Part shown: one piece after another, positions 26,147 to 37,422 of the stretch
Layout of the letters: every line of letters starts with the position of its first letter
Position numbering within the stretch: position 1 is the first letter of the stretch
DNA from: Dendrobates tinctorius
Taxonomy: Eukaryota
NCBI RefSeq assembly: GCF_039654945.1
Contig: NW_027362062.1
Location: 2,852,001 to 2,916,000, forward strand
Reading direction: 5' to 3'
DNA: 64,000 bases
Notes under the pieces: generated by a model
Seen by the model: only the letters and a program-made list of their open reading frames with translations
What the model was told of the DNA's origin: nothing
Database searches by the model: none
Made by a program: the position numbers and the translations under genes

Positions 26147-27535
26147 CTAGACTACATGAATTGACTGTACAAAGCCTAACACTTCATCTTTGGAAAGAAA
26201 CTGCACTTCACCAGTCCTGTGATTGCGCACTTCAAACAGCGAGGGGCTCTCTAAAGCCTTTTTGCCTATGACAATAACATGGGGGTAACCCATCATGTGA
26301 GCTTCCTTTACCCTTTTTCCAATAGTTAAATGATCTCTATCATCTAAAACGGCCTCATTTCTCATGTGAGGAATTGCGCATATAGAGTCGTACAGTTCCT
26401 CTGCGACCAATGATGCCGCCGTCTCCTTGCTTCCCTTTTTAGGGGGAATGAGACAAATCTGGTATGGGGCAATCAGACTTGGCCAGTGAATCTCCTCCTC
26501 GGCAGAAAGAACTTCAATAGATGCCGCCAACAGCCGTGAAACACCAATGCCATAGCAGCCCATTTCTGCCACAACGGGTTTGTTCTGGGCATCGTAACAT
26601 ATGGCATTGAAAACATGCGAGTACTTGGTCCCAAGGCAGAACGTGTGCCCGATCTCGATGCCCTTACTTTCTGCCAGCTCGCTTTTACAATTAGGACAAT
26701 TCTTCTCGTCTGGATGCAATGTCTCTACATTGGCGGCAAAATCACAGCTGCCGCAGACCATCAGCCTGTCCTCACCGATACCGGCGGGAAGGTGAAACTC
26801 ATGTGACATCTTGCCCCCTATATTTCCCGTATCTGCTTGGACTTTCACATGCTTCATGCCAAGGGTGTGGAATATATTAGAGTAGGCATCGCACACGTTG
26901 TTATACGTCACGTAGGCGGCTTCCTCTGTTATATCAAATGTGTACATGTCCTTCATGTAAAACTCCCTGCCACGCAGCAAACCAAAGCACGGCCTCTTTT
27001 CATCTCTGAATTTCCGGGTGATCTGGTACAGCAGAAGAGGGAGCTGCTTATAGCTGATACCGCCCTCTGCGGCAACCAAATTGGTGACGGACTCTTCATG
27101 CGTGGGCCCCAAGCAGTATTCCTGATTGTGTCTGTCCATCAAACACAGCAGCTCTTTTCCCACCAGATCCCAGCGTCCACTTTGCTTCCACAGAGTTGCT
27201 GAGCAAAGAGTCGCCATGTCAATCTTCTGCCCTCCAATCTCCTGCATAGTCCGATCTATCAGCCTAATAAGCTTCTCCATAGAGCGTACAGTATGGGGCA
27301 AATAGTGGAAACATCCGGGACTGGAGGGTCGGATTAATCCTGCTTTTAACATAAGTCTCTGACTCTTACTGGAGGGCTCGTTCGGTTTGGCTTGAATTTC
27401 AGATGAGTTTTCTTTCCACAGATTTCCTGGCTGGTAAATCCTGGACAGCAGGTGGCGCCTAACTTTGGATGAGTCATTGCCATACGCTCTGTTGGCCACT
27501 AGATGGGGTAGTGATGACTTCAGCAGCCTCCTCAT
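26147..27535 (-). CDS. PARS2: Mitochondrial prolyl-tRNA synthetase, single coding exon (462 aa)
   Basis: Class II aaRS motifs (LGPTHEE, YQITRKFRDEKRPCFGLLRGREFYMKDMY, MGCYGIGVSRL), anticodon-binding domain, basic N-terminal transit-like peptide; ttcag acceptor 8 nt upstream of the ATG at 27535; AATAAA on the minus strand at 26103-26108. Confidence 0.96.
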   Translation of the reverse strand: MRRLLKSSLPHLVANRAYGNDSSKVRRHLLSRIYQPGNLWKENSSEIQAKPNEPSSKSQRLMLKAGLIRPSSPGCFHYLPHTVRSMEKLIRLIDRTMQEIGGQKIDMATLCSATLWKQSGRWDLVGKELLCLMDRHNQEYCLGPTHEESVTNLVAAEGGISYKQLPLLLYQITRKFRDEKRPCFGLLRGREFYMKDMYTFDITEEAAYVTYNNVCDAYSNIFHTLGMKHVKVQADTGNIGGKMSHEFHLPAGIGEDRLMVCGSCDFAANVETLHPDEKNCPNCKSELAESKGIEIGHTFCLGTKYSHVFNAICYDAQNKPVVAEMGCYGIGVSRLLAASIEVLSAEEEIHWPSLIAPYQICLIPPKKGSKETAASLVAEELYDSICAIPHMRNEAVLDDRDHLTIGKRVKEAHMMGYPHVIVIGKKALESPSLFEVRNHRTGEVQFLSKDEVLGFVQSIHVV

Positions 27536-27779
27536 CACAAACTCTGAAAAATATATAAAGTCAATAATTTGTCACACTGATCACAAATATACAAAAAAAG
27601 ATTCCCTTTCCCCATCACGTTCACGCCTGTCCATAGGTCTTGCACCTCAGCCACAAAAATTTTTTCAAAGACTTTTAACCAAGAAGGAAGAACTTGAGCT
27701 TTTAGATTTGGTGGAAAGATTCCCTTGCACCACTATTGCAAAATGCAGGGAAACAAGCCACAGGGCACACTACATTAAA

Positions 27780-28468
27780 TGGAACGTGTCAGCACATTTT
27801 TACATATGTCAGTAATGGTATGGCCGTGTACGTGGTTGTCTCCCAGTGAAAACAATACCTTGTTTGCAGAGATCTGACGTGCCAGTCATGAGATATCTAG
27901 TATAGTCACCATTTGCAAACCAGGCTGGAAAGTCACTGGGGGTGACAGTGTACATAGACTGCTTATTTGGAGTGTACTGACACGCTCCCAGTGCACTTCC
28001 AGCCTGATTTGCATATGGTTACTACAGTAGGTATGTCATGATTTGGACATCAGATCTCTACAAAACAGGTATCACTTTTATAAAGGGACAAGCGCCTATA
28101 CAGCCATACCACTACTGTTATATGTAAAGACATGCTGACTAGTGATGTGCGAGCATGCTTGGATAAGGTGTTATCCGAGCATGCTCATGTGCTAATAGAG
28201 TATCTACAGCGTGCTTGAATACTATGATCGAGTCCCCGCAGCTGCATGTCTCACGGCTGTTCAATAGCTGCAACACATGCAGGGATTGGCTATCAAACAG
28301 GCAATGCCTGCATGTGTTGTGGCTGTTGAACAGCTGCGAGACATGCAAGCGCGGAGACTCAAACATATTTTTCGAGTACGCCGAAGATACTCTATGTGCA
28401 CACGGGCATGCTCAGATAACACCTTATCCAAGCACATTCACTCATCATTAGTGCTGATAGATTCCCCT
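27780..28468. mobile_element. T2-type MITE carrying a nested palindromic hAT-like MITE (~28140-28450), in the PARS2 intron
   Basis: ttaa-flanked (a)tggaacgtgtcagca / tgctgatagattcccc ends; inner tagtgatg..catcatta palindrome with an imperfect 8-bp TSD. Confidence 0.6.
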
Positions 28469-29197
28469 TAAAGCAACTTCTAGCTTTCCTAATAAATTTG
28501 CTTTCACATCGCATAAGGGAGATCTGATCTTTTGCACATCATATTAATTAAAAAAAGAGGATGGATGGCAGGTAGAGAGGAAACATTTGCTAGTTTTTCC
28601 TTTAGGATATTTTTCAAATCTTCAAATCTCCAGAATGTGATACCAAATTCCATCTAAGCCAATTGTATCTGCCGTATGTTGTGTGAACGGGACCAAACAC
28701 TGGACGACTTAAAGTAAAGTGCACCCGATAACCAACCTCAAGACATGCCTAAAAAATAGATGTCCCATCTCTGAATGAGCCCACTCCTCTTTTCAGCATA
28801 GCAGAGGGGCACATTTGGCACACTACTCTATGCCCGCGCAGTCTTTGGCTGCGTTTAAAGGGAGCGTACAAGTTTAAAACACAAGGACTTTTTTTTAAAA
28901 ATAGGGAATAGAGCCATTCTTATCCATGGGTTGTGTCTGGGAGAGGGATGGGAGGGATGGGAAGAATGGGAGAATAGGGGGAAGGAGCGTGGTGGCTTGC
29001 ATGTTTCTACTCATGGATCTGTAATTTTGCAATATTATAATATTGCAGTGATCCCTGGTTTAAGACCCCTAGAAGATCCCACACAATAGGTGTAAAATAT
29101 ATTTAAAAAAAAAACATTATATATATCTTTATATTCATATTCCCTTTTCGCGGAATGTAAAACAAAAAGTACCACTGCTGTGTGTCTGAACTAATAA

Positions 29198-29403
29198 TGA
29201 ACTTTGAACTAATGAACTTTGCACTGATGAGGGGCAGTACCCCGAAACACAGTGTCTGCAAATGGAGATTCTGGCTGGGCTTTTATCCTAAGTCATGTGA
29301 CAAGGCTCGTTAAAGGGTCAACATTGACTTTTAGGATTGCTACCTCCAATAGGTGGCGCTAGAGTTCTAGTCCTCTTCCTCTCTGAAGTGACAATTTGCA
29401 TAA
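29198..29403 (+). mobile_element. 5'-truncated hammerhead-containing retrozyme (satellite-2-like), copy 1
   Basis: Near-identical to 56230-56419; 11-bp TSD TGAACTAATAA (29187-29197 and 29404-29414). Confidence 0.85.
29218..29262 (+). ncRNA. Type I hammerhead ribozyme; predicted cleavage after GUC at 29256
   Basis: TTTGCA-CTGATGA-GGGG(CAGTA)CCCC-GAAA-CAC(A)GTG-TC-TGCAAA: all core nucleotides and stems I-III present. Confidence 0.88.
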
Positions 29404-29890
29404 TGAACTAATAAAGTATCATAATATTTACCCCACACAGTGACTGCTGAAAACATAAAACAGATTGCAGAAAAGCTTGTTTTTCCATCCCTTCGCCTCC
29501 CACAAAAATTATAGATGAGAGAGTGACCAGAAAGTCGTGCGCACTCCAAAGCGGTAACGAGGAAAATTACAGCTCGTACCGCAAAAAAAAAACAAAAAAC
29601 ACAAGACCTAACACAAAGCTATAAAACGACAAACAAAAAGTTACAGCTCTTGAAAGACGAGGAGAAGAGAAAGTGAAGACGGGCTGGCTGGGACTGGGTC
29701 ACCACAGGGGCCGGATGACATTGGTGCATTTATTTGCACAATTTCAGCTAGAAAACACTGCAGTGACGACAAAAGCGGGGAGGACGTGAAAGGGTTAAGA
29801 AAAAAGAAGCCAAAACTGCTACTGCCTGAGACAGGGCAGCTGCGCACAGGGAACCATTGCCCCTTGTCCCGTGCTCCCAGCACTGCTCAC

Positions 29891-30100
29891 CCTTATCAGA
29901 CACCGGGCTGCTCTACGCCAATATCCAAGGGTAAAAGAACCCGGAAGACGCACACCGGAAACACATGGGGGAACGGAAAGCGCGGTGCACAGCGAGGCAC
30001 ACGTGGAACCATGGAGAAGACCGGAAGTGCGTGACAGAAGGGCGACGCCTGAGAGCATGCTGGAGGACTGAAGATCTAGTGCAGCGGCTGCTATTACCGG
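29891..30100. promoter_or_regulatory. Putative bidirectional promoter with non-coding first exons of PARS2 (-) and TTC4 (+)
   Basis: CCGGAAG/CCGGAAA ETS motifs at 29941, ~29955 and 30021, CACGTG E-box at ~30000, CpG enrichment; minus-strand donor AAGG|gtgagc at 29891/29890 and plus-strand donor CGG|gtaggc at 30100/30101. Confidence 0.65.
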
Positions 30101-31192
30101 GTAGGCTCTTATTTGCCTCACACAACATGGGGATTGCACTGCCCTGTTAGAAGAACCACATGTACCAGCATGCCATCCCTGTAGTAGCTCTTTCTGGCTG
30201 GCAGACCGTCTCGTATAACTGTGCAGTAGTCAGTGCTAGCTCTGCATTAGTTTACAGCAGGGGTGGGGAGGAACAGGTGTGATGTGAATTGTGTCCCGCG
30301 TTGATGATGTTTGTATGGGTAGTAATCTGTGCTGGTGATGGAGCAACAGGTAATAGGGACAGCAAGAGTGAGTTGTTGGGACTAGCCCAGAGTGGGCCGG
30401 GCTAAGCTGATGGGAGAGAAACAGTTTCCTGATGGTGAGGCAGATAGGGCCTGAAGTCTACAGATAAGGGACCTAAGGGCTGGTGTGAGCAGTGCTGCAT
30501 TTCGTGGGTGTCTCTAGAAGTGAGAGGAAACCAGGTGAAAGAGTGACCGAGAGTGATTTATTGGAGACGGGTCCTGGGAGAGGACGCTGAGCAGTAAGAC
30601 CAAGAGTTTATAACTCCTAATGGTCACAAGCCTAGACAGGACAGAGTTCGCAAGAGGAAGAGAGTGCTGCGGGCGGGAGTTCCAGAGCCTCAGAAGAGAA
30701 GATACGTACCGGCCATACTGGCATCGTAGAAGACGCAGAACCACGGAATGACTAAAGGACTCTTACTAACTGAACTGTAGTGTCAACTGGGTGGTGGTGA
30801 AGTAGTGAGGAATAGTGGAGACAGAGGACAAGTAAAGAGAGAGGGAATGAATTTGTGTGAGGAAAATGTTACACATTATAAAGGAAACGTTTGAGAAGAT
30901 TTGTACCCGCTATCGACTGTGTATAACCCTCCCCAAGTTAACGTTCAATAAAAAGTTTTATTTTATTTTAACTGGTGATCGCCCTCATTGAGCTGTAAAA
31001 CATCTGGTCTTGACCAGCCAGCAAATTAGTTACATGTGACCTGCATGGGCATAGCACCCTCGCAGCGCAAGTCCACATACCCAGAAAACACCCCACACCT
31101 ACATGTAATGTGCCGGGGGCGTAAGAGATGAGTACTTTGTCCACGGCGCCCACTATTTGCCATGTTTAATATATATCACATTGCAGACACAG

Positions 31193-31841
31193 AGACTGCT
31201 GCGTATAGATCGCATAGGAGACCCCGAGAGTGCTGCGTATAGATCGCAGAGGAGACCCCGAGAGTGCTGCGTATAGATCGCAGAGGAGACCCCGAGAGTG
31301 CTGCGTATAGATCGCAGAGGAGACCCCGAGAGTGCTGCGTATAGATCGCAGAGGAGACCCCGAGAGTGCTGCGTATAGATCGCAGAGGAGACCCCGAGAG
31401 TGCTGCGTATAGATCGCAGAGGAGACCCCGAGAGTGCTGCGTATAGATCGCAGAGGAGACCCCGAGAGTGCTGCGTATAGATCGCAGAGGAGACCCCGAG
31501 AGTGCTGCGTATAGATCGCAGAGGAGACCCCGAGAGTGCTGCGTATAGATCGCAGAGGAGACCCCGAGAGTGCTGCGTATAGATCGCAGAGGAGACCCCG
31601 AGAGTGCTGCGTATAGATCGCAGAGGAGACCCCGAGAGTGCTGCGTATAGATCGCAGAGGAGACCCCGAGAGTGCTGCGTATAGATCGCAGAGGAGACCC
31701 CGAGAGTGCTGCGTATAGATCGCAGAGGAGACCCCGAGAGTGCTGCGTATAGATCGCAGAGGAGACCCCGAGAGTGCTGCGTATAGATCGCAGAGGAGAC
31801 CCCGAGAGTGCTGCGTATAGATCGCAGAGGAGACTTCGAGA
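31193..31841. repeat. Near-perfect 34-bp minisatellite, about 19 copies (AGAGTGCTGCGTATAGATCGCAGAGGAGACCCCG)
   Basis: Directly visible tandem array. Confidence 0.95.
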
Positions 31842-32156
31842 CTGTTGTCTTCAATGGTGGGACAGGAATGCATAGCACGCTGACTGTGCCCACAAAGTAC
31901 ATTTTGACACAGTAATCCTTCATTGCATGTTCCTCAACTTTCAGTAGTGACTCCTGCGTTCATTCGCTTGCCACGTAAGGAGCAATTTAAGGACCTGCAA
32001 AATGAGGCTGCTGGTCCTAGTACTGTGGTCCCTAGGAATATGTCTCTCCTGGTTTATATTGTGCCTATCTGGTTTTAAAAGGGGGATGTCCAATGGCTGA
32101 TTTAATTTCATCTTTATTGACGACTCAATAGCTGGGGTGGGCTTCTCTTGCCCTAT

Positions 32157-32685
32157 TAGAATCATAGAATCATAGAATCGTAGAGTTGGAAGGGACCTCC
32201 TGGGCCATCTGGTCCAACCCCCTGCTCAAAGCAGGATTCGCTAAATCATCCCAGTTAGATGTCTGTCCAGCCTCTGTTTGAAGACTTCCATTGAAGGAGA
32301 ACTCACCACTTCTCGTGGCAGCCTGTTCCACTCATTGATCACTCTAACTGTCAAAAAGTTTTTTCTAATATCTAATCTGTGTCTCCTCCCATTCAGCTTC
32401 ATCCCATTGCTTCTAGTCTTTCCTTGTGCAAATGAGAATAAAGTTGATCCTTCTACAATGTGACAGCCCTTTAGATATTTGTAGACAGCTATTAAGTCTC
32501 CTCTCAGTCTTCTCTTTTGCAAACTAAACATTCCCAAATCCTGCAACCTTTCCTCATAAGACAGGGTTTGCAGACCGGTCACCATTCTGGTCGCTCTTTT
32601 CTGAACTTGCTCCAGTTTGTTGATGTCTTTTTTAAAATGTGGTGCCCAAAATTGGACACAATATTCCAGATGAGGTCTGACCATA
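32157..32685 (-). mobile_element. CR1 LINE 3' fragment
   Basis: ORF2 C-terminus VRPHLEYCVQFWAP..KRRLRGDLI..WNRLP; (ATTCTATG)n 3' tail at ~32157-32185. Confidence 0.92.
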
Positions 32686-33054
32686 GAATATGCAGTGTTA
32701 TATGTTAGACGGGAGTGCAAACTGTTTGATATGTGACCTGTGGAGTGCTTATGATGTTAGGTCCCCCCCCTCCCAAAAATATGGACACCGAGCACCAGGA
32801 TAACAGTCCCTGACCCCTGCCCTGTCTAGGAGGAGGATGAATGCAGAGGTGGCCATGAGTCTCATCAGCTGGGACCACTATAAAAGTGATTGCAGGCCCT
32901 TTTGCTTTCACTGAATGTTGCAGTCAATAATCACACAGGCCCTTGCACATCCAAACTTTCTTAAATCCTTGTTGTCTCTTGCAAGCAAAATGAATTAAAA
33001 ATTATATATAGAAACACTTCAATTTCTGTATTTTACAGGAAATCCTGCGCTGTC

Positions 33055-33159
33055 ATGGATCCAAAGCAACCGGAGGAAGATGAAGTCATGGACCAGTTTA
33101 TGGATAAATTCCGAATGCAGAAATACAAGGGGGCGTTCAATGAGGACAATTGGCAGGAG
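33055..33159 (+). CDS. TTC4: TTC4 coding exon 1
   Basis: Acceptor at 33038, ATG at 33055, MDPKQPEEDEVMDQFMDKFRMQKYKGAFNEDNWQE, donor gtgagt. Confidence 0.9.
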
Positions 33160-33434
33160 GTGAGTCCTGACTTAATAGGTGATGACTGAATTCTGTAAAG
33201 GGAGAGGTCGTACTCATCATAGTCCGACCACAACCAGAGGCGGGCGAAATAACCTATAGGGCTGTGGCGCTCCCCTAGTACATATCGGGTGGACTGTATA
33301 TATACATTCACCTGTAGAATCCATACCGTACGATGGTAGGAGCTGTAATACTTACTGGGAGCGTAAAGCAGATGTTATATGACCTTGTGTGTGATATCCC
33401 ACGATGTAACGTTCATTTTCTACATCCACTGTAG

Positions 33435-33552
33435 GAGTTTGAGAAGATTCCTATGTTTATGAAGAAAGCTCCAGATGAAATGGACCCAGAGAAAGCCCCG
33501 GACCTGGCCTGCCTCCAGTCTATGCTCTTTGACAATGATCGCTCCCCTGAAG
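33435..33552 (+). CDS. TTC4: TTC4 coding exon 2
   Basis: EFEKIPMFMKKAPDEMDPEKAPDLACLQSMLFDNDRSPE; ag/gt boundaries, phase 0 to 1. Confidence 0.92.
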
Positions 33553-34245
33553 GTATTGTTTGCATCAGCATGTGCATAAAGTGTAGTCATTTTGCTCATA
33601 ATTCTGTGCATGTTTTTACTATACTGTCTTATTTTCCTAACATTTGTAAGATCTCTGATTGCTGGCAGTGAATATGGATTTTTTTTCCTTTCTGTCCCGG
33701 TCCAGCCATTTAATAGTTCATAATTTTAAAGTATATTCTAGATACGTATAAGCCTGGTTCATGTTGGCAACACCGGCTGGCAAACTACTTAAAGGGGTGG
33801 CCTACGTTTTAGACATGAATTTATGGCACCTAATAATATATAATTATTCTTCCTCACAGACTGCACTTCTTTCCATACTGCTGGCGGAGAAGCATGTGAC
33901 CCGACCTATCCATCAACCACCTCCAATAAAAAAAAAATAAATGCTTTCCCATGTGCAGCCTCTTTAAATTGGTGGCGGTTGCTGGACAGGTCTGGTCACA
34001 GGCTCCTCCATCAGCAGCCGTTGGATGGACAGAAGATCTGTGCAGGCTGTGAGGATAGTGCAGGAGGAAAACCTGGAATACTTATATGCTAGAGATGAGC
34101 GAATCGATTCGCAGGACCCTGGCCCAGGTACGATGTAGATTCCAGGGTTCTGGTTCGGCCAGAGCCGTAATGCCAGATCCAGTTGATGGAAAAGAGCAAT
34201 GTTTTTTTGTGATGTCATACAACCCCTTTAACCTTGATTGCACAG

Positions 34246-34407
34246 AACAAGCCAAATCCTATAAAGAAGAGGGCAATGACTACTTCAAAGAAAAGAATTA
34301 CAAGAAAGCCATCATCGCTTACACAGAGGGCATCAAAAAGAGTTGTAAGGATGCAGAGCTGAACGCGGTGCTGTACACCAACCGGGCAGCGGCTCAGTTT
34401 TATCTAG
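34246..34407 (+). CDS. TTC4: TTC4 coding exon 3 (TPR)
   Basis: EQAKSYKEEGNDYFKEKNYKKAIIAYTEG...LYTNRAAAQFYLG. Confidence 0.94.
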
Positions 34408-34672
34408 GTGAGTGCGTATGATGACCACAATGAAAAAAGATGGTCTGATGATAAAACTTATTACATACATATTTTTCATAAGATGCAGATGTTTAGGGTT
34501 GGGCAACATGCAGCCGCGGGGACTTGAATATATTATTCGAGCATGCTGAATACACTCGGTTAGCACCCAAGCATGCTTGGTTAACACCTTGTCTGAACAC
34601 TTTCGCTCATCACTAGTTATGATTCAATTTTTAATTTATGTCAAATAAACCAAACTGTTCTGTTCTCTCCAG

Positions 34673-34750
34673 GCAACTACCGCTCCTCTCTTAATGATGC
34701 AATTGCTGCAAGAAAGCAGAAGTCAGACCATTTAAAGGCAGTGATTCGAG
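34673..34750 (+). CDS. TTC4: TTC4 coding exon 4
   Basis: NYRSSLNDAIAARKQKSDHLKAVIR; ccag acceptor, gtaaaa donor. Confidence 0.92.
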
Positions 34751-35160
34751 GTAAAATTAGACCAAACTAAACATCATCTTAATCATTATTGTTTGTTTGT
34801 TTTTTCTTTTACTTTTTTGTGAGAGATGTTCATGTTTGTTCAGTTTTTGTCAGTTCCAAAAATTATTATTTTCTTACCCACCCCCACCCCTCCACGCACA
34901 GTCCTAACTGTTACCAACCACCGCACGTACGGATTGCTCCAAGATATGTTACTGAAGACAGAACAGTGGGGCCAATCTTCAGCTCTTAGTGGCCTCGCAG
35001 CCAGAGAAAGTTCCAGATGTTTGGTTTTATAGGGCAAATATAGGACTGTTTATTTTACTTTTTTGTGTTTTGAGGGAATAAAAATAAAAGCATATGTTTG
35101 GTGCCTTATCCGATTTAATGTTATAAGTTGATACTGGATGTTCCATGTGTCCTGTTTTAG

Positions 35161-35285
35161 GTGCTCTGTGCTACATGGAAATAAAGAATTTCTCAGAAGC
35201 TTTGAAATGGTGCGATGAAGGCTTACAGATCAGTCCAACGGAGAAGAAACTTTTGGAAACGAGGACAAAAGCGGATAAACTTCAT
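35161..35285 (+). CDS. TTC4: TTC4 coding exon 5
   Basis: GALCYMEIKNFSEALKWCDEGLQISPTEKKLLETRTKADKLH; gtaagt donor. Confidence 0.92.
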
Positions 35286-36549
35286 GTAAGTAAAAATGAA
35301 TAGCTTGTCCTACTGCAGGGCCGATGTGTATATGGTTATCAGTTACATGTAATAATAAGACCATATTCGATGATAAATAGTCATTGAATTTTGGAAATGT
35401 TAAAGGGGTTGTCCCATAAATAATATACCGTAAGTCGCCTATACAGATCAGTGATAAATGAATGATTGGTGGGGGTCCGTCTGTCGAGACCCCACTGATC
35501 TCAAGAATGGAGATCTTAAATTTCCCTGAGTGAATGAAGCATTGGTAAGCACTTGTCATGCTCTTTACCTCTTCATTCACACAGGGCACTTTGTGATTCC
35601 CATTCTCATGTTCAGTGGGGTCTCAAGCATAACAGTATATGGCTCAGTAGAAACTCCATAGATTCCTACACAATCCTGCTCAAGCATAGGCTGAGTATTC
35701 TGCCCCTTGAATCGAGTAATTGGTGGAGGTCTCAGGGCTTGGATTATATCCAATAAACAGTCCTGGGATACACCATGCCAAAAATGATTTAAAAGTTTAG
35801 CTACACTTTAAAGGTATTGATAAAATTCATCATGTGAGTAAAACACATTGCATGTGCATTTCAGGCCAAGAATTGGCTGCCATAATCGAGTGCCTGAAAT
35901 GCGTTAGTAATGATTGCTTTGACCATATGATGTACTACATAGAAACTTTTTAATAAAAGTTGCAAGTTTGAAAGTTTAGACCACTGGATGCTGGACATTT
36001 CTCTATGTATATTGCACTACTTAGTGCTGTAAAGCAGACAGAAAGTGCTTATTGGCTGTGCTGGACAGGATTCCCCTGTGCCGGAAGCAGGCGGGCACAT
36101 GACCGCAAGTATGTATTTTGCGTACATGTGGTCACATGCCGACTAGACGTGCGCGTACAAGTGAATTGAGCTCGGATGGTCATGTCTACTTGGAATGTGA
36201 TCGGAAGTATTTGCAGGCTGATGATGTCCGGTGCCGGAGAATCCTGACAGCTGTGAGGACTTGCAGGTCTGCAGTCACACAGTGTGACTTCAGGCTTGAA
36301 CCCCAAGCCTGGACAGCTGCTTTAAAAAAAAAAAAAAAAAGCAAAATTACTTGTCAGGGAATATAATAGAACAGACAACTCTGTATGCCCTAATAACAAG
36401 CATATCAGTGGAGGAACGTGTAGGCAGATTGCACATAGGGATGGGTGGTTATTCCAGCTCCAGATTGTAGTCAAGTTCTTTGACTTTCTGTTTTGTTTTG
36501 TTTGTTTTTTTACGGATGATATGAAATAAAATGCTTTCTCTATGTACAG

Positions 36550-36636
36550 AGGGCTGCAGAGCGAGATGCCAGGAAGTTGAGACAGACTGAAAAGAAGAAG
36601 CAGGCCCAAAACGACGCTCTTCTGCGTGCAATTAAG
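36550..36636 (+). CDS. TTC4: TTC4 coding exon 6 (probable GC donor)
   Basis: RAAERDARKLRQTEKKKQAQNDALLRAIK; AAG|gcaaga. Confidence 0.85.
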
Positions 36637-37260
36637 GCAAGAGTATCAGACATGTAAAGCATAATAATAAATTAAAATGAGCTGTGAGGATGGCACTGAA
36701 GTTTGCTCGCTGTCCCACATCCCAAAACTGTGCTACTGTGCTAACCCCTTGAGTACAGGACCATTTTGCATAATTTGTGGGGGGGTTTTTTTAACCCCAT
36801 CCCCCCTCATTTTTCCAATTTATTTATTTTTTTAAGCATCGTGTTCCATGGGGGCTTCTTTATACATTGGACAAATTGTAGTTGTGAATGACACCATTCA
36901 TTTTACCTTAAAATGTGCTGGAAAATTGGGGAAAAAAATTGAGCTGAATTGGGAAAAAAAAAAATCGCAATTCCAATTTTTTATTTTTTTTTTTGGGGGG
37001 GGAGGGGGGTGTCTGTTTTTACGGCTTTAATTTTGCAGTAAAAACTACCTGGCACCAAGATTCTTCAGGTCAGTACTATTGGGCTATAGTTTTGTGTGTG
37101 TGTGTGGGGGGGGGGTTATTATCTTAGTGGTGGGAAACATGTTTTGGTTTGTTTCGCCATTTTTTGTAACAATTTTATTTCCCATCATTTGAGCCACATG
37201 AGGATTTTTTTTTTTGCATGGTGAGCTGTAATTTTTATAGTTTTGCTCGGTAGTTTAGGG

Positions 37261-37422
37261 CAGGGTTCCCCAACTCCATTACTCAAGTCCCACCAACAGA
37301 TCATGTTTTCCGGATTTCCTTAGTATTGCTCGGGTGACAATTGCATCACCTGTGCAAGACAAAGGAAATCCTGAAAACATGATCTGTTGGTGGGCCTTGA
37401 GGACTGGAGTTGGGGAACCCTG
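37261..37422. mobile_element. Palindromic hAT-type MITE (162 bp)
   Basis: CAGGGTTCCCCAACTCC / GGAGTTGGGGAACCCTG inverted ends, 8-bp TSD GTTTAGGG. Confidence 0.9.

Noticed and set aside
27536-27538. GTG start given for PARS2 in the ORF track
   Set aside because: This is a eukaryotic gene; the adjacent ATG at 27535 is the plausible initiator.
30220-30990. LTR-like purine-rich segment ending near AATAAA in the first TTC4 intron
   Set aside because: No clear TG..CA ends with a TSD could be established.
31153-31923. Two long repetitive ORFs (256 and 235 aa) and a superficial CRISPR-like periodicity
   Set aside because: These are products of a stop-free 34-bp tandem repeat; there are no unique spacers or cas genes, and the context is eukaryotic.
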